DNA of 64,000 bases from Desulfatiglandales bacterium (lineage in GTDB: Bacteria; Desulfobacterota; DSM-4660; Desulfatiglandales; Desulfatiglandaceae): contig OY759599.1 in assembly GCA_963662465.1 (NCBI GenBank), positions 5,344,001 through 5,408,000 on the forward strand, given 5' to 3'. Every line of letters starts with the position of its first letter. Positions within the stretch are counted from its first letter, which is position 1. Shown here one piece after another: positions 46,390 through 60,300 of this stretch. The notes below the pieces were generated by a model. The model was not told the DNA's origin. It worked only from the letters and a program-made list of their open reading frames with translations, and ran no database searches. The translations under genes were made by a program, and so were the position numbers.

Positions 46390-49300
46390 ATGAATATTAA
46401 AAAATCCGTTCGGTCCGTGATGACGGCAGCCGTTTTCGTCTGCATGCTAACCCTTCTGTTTTCCTGCGGGGGTGGCGGCGGGGACTCCGAAAGCACCCCG
46501 GGGGAAAGCGGCAGCATTACCCTTTCCACCAGCGCTACAACCCTTCCCGCAGACAACTCCAGTTCCTGTATCATTACCGCGACCATTCTGGACGGATCCG
46601 GCAGTCCGGTACGGCACTATACCGACGTGACCTTTACCACGACCCTGGGCCGTTTTAGAAACGGAAGCACCAGCTACACGGTCAAGACTCAGCCGCCCCT
46701 GGGTTCCGATGGCTTGCCGAACCCTGACGCCGACCCCACGGGCATGGCGCAGGTTGCTTTGATTGCCGGTTGGACGTCCGGTAGCGCCAAAGTGACGGTC
46801 TCCTCCAACGGGGTAACCCAGAGCATTTATATCAGCATGACTGGAACCGCCGGGAATATCACCCTTACGGCCAGCCCCGCCACCATGCCGGCTGACGGCG
46901 TCACCTCCTCCACCGTCACTGCAAGTGTCACCGACAGCAGCGGCACAGGCGTTACACCAGGAACACCCGTTACCTTCAAAACCGGTCTGGGCCTTTTCCA
47001 AAATGGTCAGAAAACCTACACCATTACCACTCCGGATAGTACGGGGACCGTCAGCGTTTCGCTCATTGCCGGGGTGGTTCCCGGCGTTACCTATGTGGAG
47101 GCTTCAGCAAACGGCATCACCCAAGCCGTGTCTATCAGCCTAACTCGAACCGATCCTGTCCGTTCGGAAATCAACGTGGATGCGGATCCATTGCGGATTG
47201 CGGCGGATGGGCAGTCTACTTCCATTGTGACCGCCACCGTGAGTTCTATTCCGGGCGCTACCGCCTCCGCCAATGCCGCGGGAACGCCCATTTCGGGTGT
47301 TCCCGTAACCTTTTATGACACCACTTCCTCCGCTACGCCGGACCCATTGCCCACAAACAACACCTGGACGGGAACCGGTACCTCCCTATTTGTAGTCCCG
47401 GCGTTTTACGCCAATGGGTCCATTATCTTTACTATAACCTATGTGGGGGCGGAGAGTTCGAATTTCGCGGTTGTTCTCTGGAAAATCGACGCGGATCCCA
47501 ATATTAAAAAATTTCTGGTTAATACAACGGGCCCGGTTGACGGGCAGTCCGTCACCTATACGCTGGCTTCAGGAAATTATCAGTTTCAGATCCTTTCGGA
47601 CGGTTACTGGGAGATTAAGGTGGATGGGGATATTTCGACGGCAACTACTACCGAACCCATTGTGCTGGCTATTGCACAAACCGATAGCAACGGCAAGGCA
47701 AGATACGCCTATACCGGCAGCACAACGCCGGGCGTGGTGACCATCAAAGCGGAAACCGGGGAAGTGAGCAATTCCGTAAATGCGCTCAGCGGTACGGTGG
47801 ATATCACCCAGACCGAAGGACCGCCGTCCAGGGTCGATGTGAAAGCGACCCCCCCATCCACTTACGCCAACGGTGAAAACGAAATTATTATCGAGGCGGA
47901 TGTCTGGGATGAAAACGGTGATCCCGCGCCCAATGGCGCCGTGGTCTCTTTTTCCGCCACCGCCGGGACCCTGAAAGAGACTTCCACCACAACCGTGAGC
48001 GGCAAAGCCTCTACGACCCTCATTGCGGTGGCCGGCGCTACCAATTCTGAATCAACGGTTACCGCCACCAGCGGTGGCTATGCCGACGCCACCGTCGTAA
48101 CCTTTACGGGTGTGTCCCTGTCGGATATGCAGGCAACACCGGTCGCCATCTTTGCAAACGGGACGGATACCTCCGAGATTACCGTTCGGCTCAAGGATCA
48201 ATCCGGCGTGGCCGTGGTCGGAGAGACAATTGCTTTTGAGACGGACAAGGGGACCCTCAGTGTTCTTTCGGTAGTGACGGATGCCGAGGGCCTGGCCAAA
48301 ACCACGCTGATGGCCCCTACCGTTAGCGGAAAGGCTGCCGTCAAAGCCGTCTATGGAACCCTCACCACAAATACCACTGTTTCCTTTGAACCGGTCGGGG
48401 CCGGTTCCATCACCCTTGCGGCCGATCCCTCGAGCATCCCGGCGGACGGCACCAGTTCCAGCAACGTCACCGCCACCATCAAATACAGCAGCGGCGCCGC
48501 CGTGCCCAAAGGGACCTCGGTTACCTTTGTCACCAACCTGGGGACATTCAGCAATGGGAAACAGACCTACACGGTTATTACCCCTGACGATGCCGGTGTG
48601 GTCTCCGCTTCCCTCATTGCCGGCACGACACCGGGAGCAGCTAAAATTACCGTATCCGCCATCGGCATCAGCCAGACCGTTTATGTGGGCATCGGCGGCG
48701 ATCCGGTGACCATTTCCCTAACCGCCGACCCTACCAGCATACCGGCGGATGGGATCAGTTCCTCCACCATTACGGCGACCCTAAAGGACAGCAGTGGTGC
48801 GCCGGTAACGCCGGGCACTCCCGTGACCTTCATAACCGATATCGGAACTTTTTCCGGGGGCGGTACGACCATTAACGTTGCCACGCCCGATGCCACGGGA
48901 ATTGTATCCGTTTCCCTGATATCGGCCACGACGGCCGGCACGGCAACCGTAACAGCCACATCCAGCGGCATCACCCAATCGGTAAATGTCGCCTTTTCGG
49001 GAAGTGTGGTGGGCAGCATCATGGTCACCGCTAATCCGAACACCCTTCCCGCTGATGGAACCAGCACCAGCATCATTCGGGCTGATGTGCGGGATGCACA
49101 GGGAAATCCCGTACCTGATGGAGAATCCATCGGTTTTGTAGTCCTCACGGGTACAGGTACGCTCTCCAGCAATTCGGCTTCGACTGTGGGCGGTTTCGCG
49201 GAGGTGACTTACACGGCTTCAAAAACCGCGGGTACTGAAACCATTCGGGCCATGAGCACGAACAATGTATCCGGCACGGTGGATATTGCCCTAACCGGGG

Positions 49301-51096
49301 CAGCCATCGGAAGCGTGCAGGTTACTGCCAATCCCACTTCCATTTCAGCCGACGGAAAGACTACCAGTACCATTACCGCCACGGTCAAAACAGCCGATAA
49401 TCAGGTGGTGCCGGATGTTGTGGTGACCTTTAAGACCTCCCGCGGGGCCATCACCTCCCCCCATACTACCGATGCCGGCGGCCAGGCTGTGTCCACCCTG
49501 ACCAGCGATCAGTTCAACGATCCCAGTGTTCTGGTGACCGCCACATGCCAGGGGGTTGAGGGGACGGTCCTGGTGTCTTTTACGGGTCTGAGCCTGACCC
49601 TGGCGGCCAATCCCACCAGCGTGCTGGCGGGAGAAAGTTCCACCATCACCGCCACCTTCAAAAACGCTTCCGGCAACCCCATCAACGGCGCCACCCTGAC
49701 CTTCAGCACGGATAAAGGCACCCTTAATCCGTCCACACCGCAGCAAACCAATGCTTCAGGCCAAGCGGTTGTCACACTGACTTCCACCACATCCGGGACC
49801 GCTACGGTCACGGTTACCGGCGGCGGCGCCACCGCCACTGCCACCGTGAATTTCACCCGCTACCTCTTTACCCTGGAGGCCAAACCCACCAGCATTCGGG
49901 TTAACGAAAACAGCGTTATCACCGCCATGATACTGGATAACGGTGTTCCCAAAGTTGGCGAAACCGTCTTTTTCAGCTCAACCTTGGGAACCCTGAATCC
50001 GTTCCAGTCTGTTACCGGGGCAGATGGAAAGACGACTTCGACTCTGACTGCCCTCACGCAGTCCGGGATCGCCGTGATCAACGGCACGGTCACCATTGCC
50101 ACGGACACGCCTCCGACGGAGTTGGCCGCCAATACCCAGGTGGTGATTACGGGTGGCGATGCCGCTAAAGTTGTTCTCACTGCGGATCCGGACGTCATTT
50201 CCACGGAAGGCGGCGTAGCCACCATTACCGCCACCGTGTATGACGCCAACGACCAGCCGGTCCGCGAACAGGAGGTCTATTTCAGGATCAACGCCGGCCC
50301 CGGCGGCGGTGAATTTCTGAGCGCCAGCGTCAAAATCACCAACGACTTTGGTGTTGCCACGGTCGAGCTGACAGCGGGAAGCCTCCCCAGTACCTACCAG
50401 GGAGTTGAAATCGAAGCCAATACCCAGGCCGATTTCGGCGGCAGCCTGGGTCTCACGACCCTCACCATTGCGGGGCCGGTGGCCAATATCGGCATCGGCA
50501 TGGATTTGCACACCCTGACACCCGAGGGAGGAGATTTAACCGTTGATATTACTGCCATTGTCACGGATACCAACGGGAACCCCGTTTCCGACGGCACCAA
50601 TGTCAGCTTTTCTGTACAGGCGGTAGAGTTTGACGAGGACCGTTCCAATGACCACGTGATTGATTGCTGGGATGCTGACAGAAATGTTCTGAGCCCCTGT
50701 CCTCCCGTGGGAACCCCCGGCTACGGTTTCACCTGGTTCAGCGATGATGTGAACCAGGATGGAGAAATGTACGGTTGTACGGGGACGTCCGGTGATCCTT
50801 GTCCACATGGTCCCATGAGTACCACCGAGGATGTAAACCATAACGGCATCCTGGATCCGGGTGAAGACAAAAATGATAACGGCGTCATCGATCCCATTCA
50901 GGGCTGCGTTATCGACGGCAGCGTGGAAACAGTCGGCGGCCTGGCAAGGGCCAAACTTGTTTACCCGCAACCGCAGGCCAACAATATTACGGTCAGGATA
51001 ACTGCCGAAGCCGGCGGGGTCAGCAATTTCTATGACACCGTGCTGCTGTGTACCGAAACCATGGTTGATCAGGGTACCTGCGGGATCGGGTATTAG
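46390..51096 (+). CDS. Invasin-like Big_1 (bacterial Ig-like) repeat lipoprotein
   Basis: Lipobox LFSC-GGGGG; >10 repeats of P..IPADG.S.S.ITAT..D..G.PV..GT.VTF.T..G; C-terminal EDVNHNGILDPGEDKNDNGVIDP. Confidence 0.9.
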   Translation: MNIKKSVRSVMTAAVFVCMLTLLFSCGGGGGDSESTPGESGSITLSTSATTLPADNSSSCIITATILDGSGSPVRHYTDVTFTTTLGRFRNGSTSYTVKTQPPLGSDGLPNPDADPTGMAQVALIAGWTSGSAKVTVSSNGVTQSIYISMTGTAGNITLTASPATMPADGVTSSTVTASVTDSSGTGVTPGTPVTFKTGLGLFQNGQKTYTITTPDSTGTVSVSLIAGVVPGVTYVEASANGITQAVSISLTRTDPVRSEINVDADPLRIAADGQSTSIVTATVSSIPGATASANAAGTPISGVPVTFYDTTSSATPDPLPTNNTWTGTGTSLFVVPAFYANGSIIFTITYVGAESSNFAVVLWKIDADPNIKKFLVNTTGPVDGQSVTYTLASGNYQFQILSDGYWEIKVDGDISTATTTEPIVLAIAQTDSNGKARYAYTGSTTPGVVTIKAETGEVSNSVNALSGTVDITQTEGPPSRVDVKATPPSTYANGENEIIIEADVWDENGDPAPNGAVVSFSATAGTLKETSTTTVSGKASTTLIAVAGATNSESTVTATSGGYADATVVTFTGVSLSDMQATPVAIFANGTDTSEITVRLKDQSGVAVVGETIAFETDKGTLSVLSVVTDAEGLAKTTLMAPTVSGKAAVKAVYGTLTTNTTVSFEPVGAGSITLAADPSSIPADGTSSSNVTATIKYSSGAAVPKGTSVTFVTNLGTFSNGKQTYTVITPDDAGVVSASLIAGTTPGAAKITVSAIGISQTVYVGIGGDPVTISLTADPTSIPADGISSSTITATLKDSSGAPVTPGTPVTFITDIGTFSGGGTTINVATPDATGIVSVSLISATTAGTATVTATSSGITQSVNVAFSGSVVGSIMVTANPNTLPADGTSTSIIRADVRDAQGNPVPDGESIGFVVLTGTGTLSSNSASTVGGFAEVTYTASKTAGTETIRAMSTNNVSGTVDIALTGAAIGSVQVTANPTSISADGKTTSTITATVKTADNQVVPDVVVTFKTSRGAITSPHTTDAGGQAVSTLTSDQFNDPSVLVTATCQGVEGTVLVSFTGLSLTLAANPTSVLAGESSTITATFKNASGNPINGATLTFSTDKGTLNPSTPQQTNASGQAVVTLTSTTSGTATVTVTGGGATATATVNFTRYLFTLEAKPTSIRVNENSVITAMILDNGVPKVGETVFFSSTLGTLNPFQSVTGADGKTTSTLTALTQSGIAVINGTVTIATDTPPTELAANTQVVITGGDAAKVVLTADPDVISTEGGVATITATVYDANDQPVREQEVYFRINAGPGGGEFLSASVKITNDFGVATVELTAGSLPSTYQGVEIEANTQADFGGSLGLTTLTIAGPVANIGIGMDLHTLTPEGGDLTVDITAIVTDTNGNPVSDGTNVSFSVQAVEFDEDRSNDHVIDCWDADRNVLSPCPPVGTPGYGFTWFSDDVNQDGEMYGCTGTSGDPCPHGPMSTTEDVNHNGILDPGEDKNDNGVIDPIQGCVIDGSVETVGGLARAKLVYPQPQANNITVRITAEAGGVSNFYDTVLLCTETMVDQGTCGIGY

Positions 51097-51324
51097 GGAT
51101 GTCCTAGGGAAGGTTTGAAAGAAGGGAAATCGGAAGACGGGGATTTGGATATTCCGGTCGTCCTTTTTCAATGAAATAAAGAATGCTGGAAAATTTTTGT
51201 ATTAAAAGCCAATCTGAAAATTGGTTAACTCAGCATCAGAACAACTCATCGGCTCGTTTCGCCGCAAGAAACGATAGGCCGGACAAATCGCGCCGGACCT
51301 GACAGGGGACAGGGAGGGGATCGC

Positions 51325-54300
51325 ATGAAAAAACTGCTGATGACCGTGACATTGCTGTTCGGGTTCATCCTGTTTACAATGCCCGCTTATGTAGAATCGA
51401 CGGGGGCCGTGGATTCACCAGAAGCGTCAAAGATGGAGATCGAATCTGATGCAACACGGGCCTGTCCGAATTGTTCCGGGAACGCCCCTGTCATCAGGGA
51501 CGTTATATTTCAAACGGGATCCACTTGCAGCTGTTCAGGCACCATCTCCCTGACCATCGGCCCGAATGTCACCGTGGAGCCGAACGCCACTGTCTCTTTC
51601 AGATCCCCCCAAATCAACATCAAGAGTGGAACCGATTTTAAACCTGGCTCGGTTGTCACCATGTGTTGGATCAATGAGCCCATTTCCATTGATCTGACCG
51701 CGGCTCCCACTAGCATCCCCGCCGATGGTTCCAGCTATTCCATCATTACCGGCGTTTTCAGGGATGGAAATGGAAATCTCGTGCCAAAAGGCACGTCGCT
51801 TACCTTTACCACCACCCTCGGGGCTTTTACAACAAACAGCGCCCAGACCTACACCATAAAGACCTACGACGACACAGGAACCGTGGCCATATTCCTGTAT
51901 TCCGGTACAACTGCGGGAACCGCGACTGTTACTGCGACCCTGGGCGGAACAACCGAAGACGTACCGGTGACGATTTATAGCAGAGTAACCGCGGGCATTG
52001 TTTTACAGGCCGATCCGGATGTTCTGGATGCGGACGGGGTCAGTACCAGTACTGTTCGCGCTTCCGTAACCGATGCAACCGGAAGTCCGGTAACAGATGG
52101 AACTTCCATTGCCTTTAGTATGATATCCGGCAAGGGGAGTCTTTCCGCGGCCAGTGCCGTCACAGCCGGAGGTATTGCCACTGTAACCTACACCGCTTCG
52201 ACGACTGCTGGAACGGAAACCGTAAAGGCGGAGGCCTCAAACGGCGTGACGGATACGTTTGATATAACGCTTACGGGAACACCCGGGCCCGCTAATTTTG
52301 CCCTGTCCACTAATCAAACCGCCGTCAAATCCGATAACTCGGAATCAGCGATCATCACGGCAACGGTTGTCGACGGCAATAACGCCAGTTATCCCGGTGC
52401 GACAGTCTCTTTTTCTTCCGACGGCGGTCAGCTCAGTGTATCTTCGGCCGTAACGGACGATAAGGGACAGGCGAGCATCACCCTTTCTTCCGGAAGCATC
52501 AACCGAAGCAACAGGATCATTACCATTACCGCAACCATTGCGAATTTAGGTTCAAGAACCATTCCAGTACAGGTAGTCGGTTCCACCCTCAGTAAAATAA
52601 CGGACAAAACCACCATAACGGATGACAATACAACGGTTGCCGAACTGACCGTGACCGCGAAGGATGCCGGCGGAGTAGCGGTTTTCAATGCGGAAATCCA
52701 ATTTTCATTTGGCCTGGATGATACCGGAACGGCGACAATAACCCCCGTGAATCCAGTCACATACCCCTATACAGATGTTTCCGGCCAATTAAAGGTCATT
52801 GTAACGGGCGTTAGAGCCGGTTCGGTAACGGTTATCGCCGGTGCATTGGGGGCGACCGCCACCCAGGCATATACCGTCAGCGCGGTGGGCACTGAATTCG
52901 GCGTGGTGATCCCTTCTTCCGATCCTTTCAGCGCCAGCATTCGCAATCCCGCCACCCTGGCCACCACACCCAACAATATTTCCATTGCCTTCGTTGACGG
53001 CAATCCCGATACGATTACCCGTTCCGATGGAAATTCCTTCACCGTAGACGGCTACCTGGCCGGCGACACGATCATGGTTGGCGGATCCACCGATAATGAC
53101 GGCGTATATACCGTCCAAACCGTCTCTAACACCACACTAACGCTTATAAATACCGATACACTCACCGCTGAAGGGGCCGGAGAAACCGTTACCATCACCA
53201 ATGGCGTGCTGGTGCGGGTTCGTGCCTTTGATCAGACCCAGGTCTCTTTTTCCACCACAATCGGTGCATGGGACGACAGTGTTTCGGCTGTCGCCGTTAA
53301 AGCCGTTCCTGCCTCGGGTTATGTATGGAGCGTCCTCACGGCCGATACCGCCGGTTCCGCCACAATCCAGGTTTACGATACGGGCAATACGACCATTTCG
53401 GATGGCGCCACGGTCGTTTTTTCCGCACCATCCGCCGATGCCGCAAAGCTGAACCTGCAGGCTAACACCTATGTTTTGGCCCCAAGTACCGGCGATATCC
53501 AAAATATGGCGGTCTTAACGGCAACCGTCAGATCCGCCTTAGGGCAGGTGGTGGGAAAAGCGCCCGTGGTATTCTCCATTAAAAACACCACAGGCGGTGG
53601 TGAGACAGTATCTCCGGTCGTTGTCCTGACGGACAGTTCGGGCGTCGCCAAAACCACATTTACATCAGGATCCTTAAGCACTGGGGCTGAAGGCGTTGAA
53701 ATTACGGCAACCGTATTGAACGAAGGGCAGACCGTTGACAACACATCAATTGACTTTTCTGATAATTACCCGGCTCCTTGCGTCATCACGCGGAGCGATG
53801 GTGGTTCCTTTATTGCCGACGGGTTTGAAAGTGGAGAAGAGATTCGGGTATTTGGATCCGAAGTTAATGATGGCTACTATATTATTGCTTCCGTAACGGT
53901 CTCAACGCTTACACTTCACAGCGAAGAGAGGCTCAACCAGGAAAGTGCCGGCAAAAGCATCACCATTATCGCCGTCACCGGTTCAATCAACATGGTAATT
54001 GGTGGAACGGCGGGTTCCGTAGTCATCGGTCGGGGATCCACCGTCTATTCGGTGGACGATGCCACTTACAGGGTTCCCATGTCTGTTCTCGTGGCGGACT
54101 CCAACGGTAATCCAGTATCGGGGGCGCTGGTAAGTTTGAGTGCCTGGCCGGCGCAGTATTCATCCGGTGTCTGGTATGATCGCAATCCCAATGGGACAGT
54201 TCGGAATTACAACACGTATTTCACACGGACTTCCCTGAATGAGGACATCAATGAGAACACGATCCTTGATCCCGGGGAAGACCTCAACGGTGACGGCGAG

Positions 54301-57300
54301 CTGACCCCGCGCAACTCCGCGGCGGGAGATGTTCCCACAACCGTAACCACGGATGCCAACGGCGTTGCAACTTTCGATCTGGTCTATTTGAAGAACAGCG
54401 CGGCCTGGATTTACAACCGGATAAAGGCCAGCACCAAGGTCCTCGGCACGGAGATCACATCATCCGTTGAATTCAGGTTGCCGTACATCACAAAAGAAGG
54501 CGAAGCCGGCGATCTGCCTGATTCACCTTATCCCATTTCACTGGTGACGGACACCACAACACCGGTTTCGGTAACCTTCCCTCAATTTGGGGTTGATACC
54601 ATCGTCAATCCCGACGAATTTAGCCCCACTGATCCCCTGACCGCGGGCGACTCCAATATGGTTGGGCATACATACACCTTTGACCCCACGGGCGGCACGC
54701 CGGCCAAAGTGGGAGACACCATCCTGGATTGGATCACGGCAAAAGGATCTTCCTATGACTGGAGTTCCACCGTAAACGATGATATGACGGCCTATTTTCA
54801 GGTGCGTATCGCGGTCAAATACGGCAACGCAGCAGGGTCGGTTATTGTCCTCAATGTCAACCCGAGTGAAATTACAGCCGACGGTGCCGATACCAGCATT
54901 ATTACGGCATCGGTGACAAACAGTCAGGGCGGCGCTGTAGCGGATGGTACTCGGGTCGATTTTTCTACGGATCTTGGGAATTTATCAGCTGCCTTCGCAT
55001 TGACGGTCAACGGCGTTGCCACGGTAACCCTAACCAGTGGGACGGTTGCCGGCACCTCAACGGTGACCGCAAACACGATGGACGGCGCGACCGACAATAC
55101 TACGGTCGGCTTTGTGGCGGGACCGGTAAGCAATGTTTCGGTCACCGCCACGCCTGATACCATTGAGGCTGATGGGATCAGCACCAGTTCCATTAAGGCC
55201 ACGGCAAAAGATGTGAACGGAAATCCGGTCGCCGATGAAACCATCACTTTCACAGCGGTCAGCGGAACGCTGTCACCGGTAACCGCCAAGACCGACGCAA
55301 ACGGGCTGACCTCGGTCACCTATACTTCGCCCAATAGCCCGCCAGCCGGGGGGACGGATACGATTACCGCAACGTCCACCAACGGTACAGCAGGCACAAA
55401 AGATATTGAAATCATAACGGTTCCCGTGGAAACAGTCACCGTGAAAGCCGGAACCGCCGCTATTGTCGCTGATGGCATCACCGGCACCATTATTCGGGCT
55501 ACGGTAAAAGATGCTGAAGCGAATAATATTCCTGACGGCACTACCGTTTCTTTCACGACCACCGCCGGAACCCTTTCTGCGGCAACCGCAACTACCGTTA
55601 ATGGTGTGGCCTCCATCATGTTGACCAGCTCCACCATCGTTGGATCCGCAACCGTAACAGCCGCATGCGGCGGCGTTTTGGGTAATACCACGGTCACCTT
55701 CATTTCAGGGCCCGTCGGCGTAATTTCTTTGAGTGCTAATCCTGCAACCATTCCCGCCGATGCATCCAGTACCAGCAACATCCGGGCCTATGTCGCGGAT
55801 GTGAACGGAAATACGGTTGCGGACGGGGTCACTATCCGTTTCCGGGTGACCACGGGTATGGGGACCCTTTCTTCAAGCACGGCGACTACCGTCAATGGGG
55901 TGGCCACAGTGACTTTTACCGCATCTGCAATACCAGGAATCGAGGTCGTCACGGCCGATGCGGCAAACGGCGTCAACGACACCGTCAATGTGACCCTGCA
56001 AGGGGCGATCGTTGGATCAGTGAACGTAGCTGCGGGCAGCGACAGCATCACGGCGGATGGTTCTTCCAGCACCTGGATTTCCGCTACGGTCAAAGATACC
56101 AAAGACAATCCGGTGCCTGACGGCACCAATGTTTCTTTTACCACCACCTCCGGAAGCTTGTCAGCGGCTTCCGCCACCACCACGAACGGCGTAGCCACGG
56201 TAACCCTTATCAGTTCCGTCAATGCCGGTTCTGCCACGGTGACGGCCACTGTTGGCGGCGTGAATGGTAAGAAGACCGTAAATTTCGTCGCAGGTCCGGT
56301 TACCGGGGTAGCGGTTACAGCCAGTCCCGCCAATCTGACTGCTGACGGGACCAGCACCAGCACCATCCAGGCCACTGTTATTGACACAAACGGAAACACC
56401 GTGTCCGGTGAAACGATCCGATTCACCGCCGTGAGCGGTACCCTGTCGGCTTTGACCGCCATAACAAATACAAACGGCGTGGCCACGGTAACCTACACGG
56501 CTCCCAACGCGGTCCCGGTCGGCAATACCGACACGATTACCGCACGCTCCAGTAACAATACCATCGGAACGGCGGCCATTACGCTCATTTCGACGAATGT
56601 GGGGTCGGTGAGTGTGGCATCCGGTTCTTCATGGCTGTTTGCGGATGGAACATCGGGGACGTTGATCACGGCCACGGTAAAAGACATAAACGGCAACAAC
56701 GTGACCGACGGCACACTGGTCAGCTTCACGACCAGCGCCGGGACCCTCTCCCCCGCGACTGCTACCACGGTTAACGGTAAAGCACACGTGACATTGACAA
56801 GTGCCAGGCTTCTGGGCAAGGCCCGGGTGGTCGCAGTTTCAGGGGGCGTGAATGCCACGGTAGATGTGAACTTTATCGCCGGATCCATCAATACCCTAAC
56901 AGTCCTTGTCAATCCGGACAACCTGACAGCGGACGGGGTTAGCACCAGCACCATCAAGGGGATCGCCCGAGATTCAAGCAATAACCCCGTTGAAGGGGAG
57001 ACCCTCACTTTCACGGCTGTGAGAGGATATCTCTCCTCGGTTACCGCCATTACCAATGCGAATGGTGAGGCTACGGTCACCTACACGGTGCCTGATGCGG
57101 TTCCGGCCGGCGGAAATGATACGGTTACGGCAACCGCCACCAACGGTATTTCGGGCGCTGACACTATTGCTCTGATAGACGCTATTGTGGGAGATGTTCA
57201 GGTAGTTGTCGGCAGCGACACCCTTATTGCGGACGCGAGTTCAAGCACCCTGGTTCTGGCGACGGTGACCGACATTAACGGAAATCCGGTCGCTGATGGC

Positions 57301-60300
57301 ACGACGGTGAGCTTTTCCACCACTGCCGGGTCGTTGTCTGGTGCTACTGCAACCCTAAACGGGATGGCAAGAGCAACATTGACCAGTGCTGCGGCCCTTG
57401 GCACGGCAACTGTCAGTGTCACTTGCGGCGGCGTGAATGACTTCGTGACCGTTAACTTCATTGCGGGTCTGGTCAGTTCTGTAAAAGTATTGGCCAATCC
57501 GAACAACCTGACGGCGGACGGGGTCAGCACCAGTACCATTAAAGCTACGGCCACGGATGCAAACAACAACCCGGTCTTGGGTGAAACCCTGACCTTCAAC
57601 GTGGTGAGCGGGGATCTATCCGCCATCACGGCTGTTACCAATACAAACGGTGTTGCAACGGTAACGTACACGGCGCCGGGTGCGGTACCCGCGGTTGGAA
57701 CGGATACGTTAACGGCTTCGTCCACCAACGGAAAATCGGGTACGGAAACAATTACCTTGATTGATGCTGTTATCGGCAAAGTGGATGTGAGTGCCGGCAG
57801 TGCCGGCATCGTAGCAGACGGCTTATCCAAGACTCTGATTAGCGCGACGGTTACGGATATCAACGGCAACGCTGTTGCCGACGGTACAACTGTGAACTTT
57901 ACGACCACTGCCGGCGATTTGTCCTCAGGCACCGCTGCCACCATAAACGGTGTTGCAACGGTGACTTTGACCAGTGCAACCGCCCTTGGAACGGCCACGG
58001 TTACCGCGACTTCAGGTGGCGTAAACGATACGGTAAAGGTAAGTTTTATCGCCGGTCCGGTTGATGCGGTAACGGTGCTTGCCACACCGGACAACCTGAC
58101 GGCTGATGGGGTCAGTATCAGTACTATCAAAGGAACGGCAGTTGATGCAAACAACAACCCGGTTGCAGGCGAAACCCTGACCTTCAACGTGGTGAGCGGG
58201 GATCTATCCGCCATCACGGTTGTTACCAATACAAACGGTGTTGCAACTGTGACTTACACAGCGCCGGGTTCGGTACCCGCAGTTGGAACGGATACGGTGA
58301 CGGCTTCGTCCACCAACGGAAAATCGGGTACGGAAACAATTACCTTGATTGATGCTGTTGTCGGCAAAGTGGATGTGAGTGCCGGCAGTGCCGGCATCGT
58401 AGCAGACGGCTTATCCAAGACTCTGATTAGCGCGACGGTTACGGATATCAACGGCAACGCTGTTGCCGACGGTACAACTGTGAACTTTACGACCACTGCC
58501 GGCGATTTGTCCTCAGGCACCGCTGCCACCATAAACGGTGTTGCAACTGTGACTTTGACTAGTGCAACCGTCCTTGGAACGGCTACGGTTACTGCGACTT
58601 CAGGCGGCGTAAACGATACGGTAAAGGTAAGCTTTATCGCCGGTCCGGTTGATGTGGTAACGGTGCTTGCTATACCGGACAACCTGACGGCTGATGGGGT
58701 CAGCACCAGCACCATCAAGGGAACGGCAGTTGATGCAAACAACAACCCGGTTTTCGGTGAAACCCTGACCTTCAACGTGGTGAGCGGGGATCTATCCGCC
58801 ATCACGGTTGTTACCAATACAAACGGTGTTGCAACTGTGACTTACACAGCGCCGGGCTCGGTACCCGCGGTTGGAACGGATACGGTGACGGTAACGTCCA
58901 CCAACAACAAATCCGGAACGGATACGATCACGCTGATAGACGCTATTGTTGGATCCGTAGACGTAAGTTCAGCGAGCAAAAGCATCATAGCGGACGGTTC
59001 TTCAACCACCCTAATATTTGCGACGGTGAAAGACATCAATGACAACCTGGTAGCCAACGGCACGGAAGTAAATTTTTCAACGAGTGCCGGAACCCTGTTG
59101 GCAGCCAGCGCTGAAACGACCAACGGTATTGTAACCGTCAGCTTGAGAAGCCCAACAATCGTGGGAACAGCGACCGTCATCGCCACATGCGGTGGGGTTT
59201 CAGGAAATACAATTGTTACCTTCATTCACGGTCCGGTTAAAGTTATTACCCTTACTGCCAATCCCAAGATCCTGACGGGCGACGGCGCCAGCACGAGCAT
59301 CATTCGAGCGATGGTCACGGATATAAATGGAAACGCCATCGACGGCGAAACTATCAGTTTCAGCGTGAGTACGGGCGCCGGTACAGTTTCCGCCCCAACA
59401 GCGGAAACCAGCGGCGGCGTTGCCACGGTGACCTATACGGCTTCTGATACCGCCGGTGTTGACACCATCACGGCGGAATCGACAAACGGCACTTCAGAAA
59501 CCGTAAACATTACGCTAGAACCGGGAAAAAACGGTGGCGTCATAACGGTTACTGCATCGCCTGAGACGATACCTGCGGACGGCGCTTCCACTTCAGTTAT
59601 CGCCGCCACCTTGGAATATACTAATGGAACACCCATTGTGGGGGTGCCTGTTACTTTTTCAAAAACCATTACTTCCAAGCCGGATGATGACACCTATGAA
59701 GGAACGGGCAGCAAAGTGACCACGCCTTTCCATACGGATGGTGGTAATTTGACATTTACGTTGAATCATGATGGTGCATCCAATTTTATCGTATGGCTGT
59801 GGGAGCAGAATCGAGGAAGAATTTCACTCCTCGTAAACAAAATTGGCAAGGTCGAAGATTTTGAAACGGTTGAGGCGTTGGATCAGGGAGATTATTTCTT
59901 TGAAGTGTACGCAGACGGGACTTGGACCATCAAAATTGATGGCAATATCTCATCCATTGCCGAGACCGAGCTGGCTACAGTGATTACTGATGCCCTGGGT
60001 CATGCGGCATACACCTACACCAGCAGCACTATTAAAGGCCAATATACCATCTATGCCAAATCCGGGGAACTGAGCGACAATGTTTTGATTACCCAAACAG
60101 CCGGCGATCCTGCTCAAGTGGAGATCACCGTACCGGATACCACGATATACGCCAATGGCGAGGAAGGCATTGAAATATATGCTGTGGTCACGGATGTAAA
60201 CGACAATCTGGTGGAAGACGGTACGAGCGTAAGTTTTGTCGCCACTCTTGGGAGTATCGATGCGACCGCGAATACGATGAATGGAACGGCGACAGCCCGA

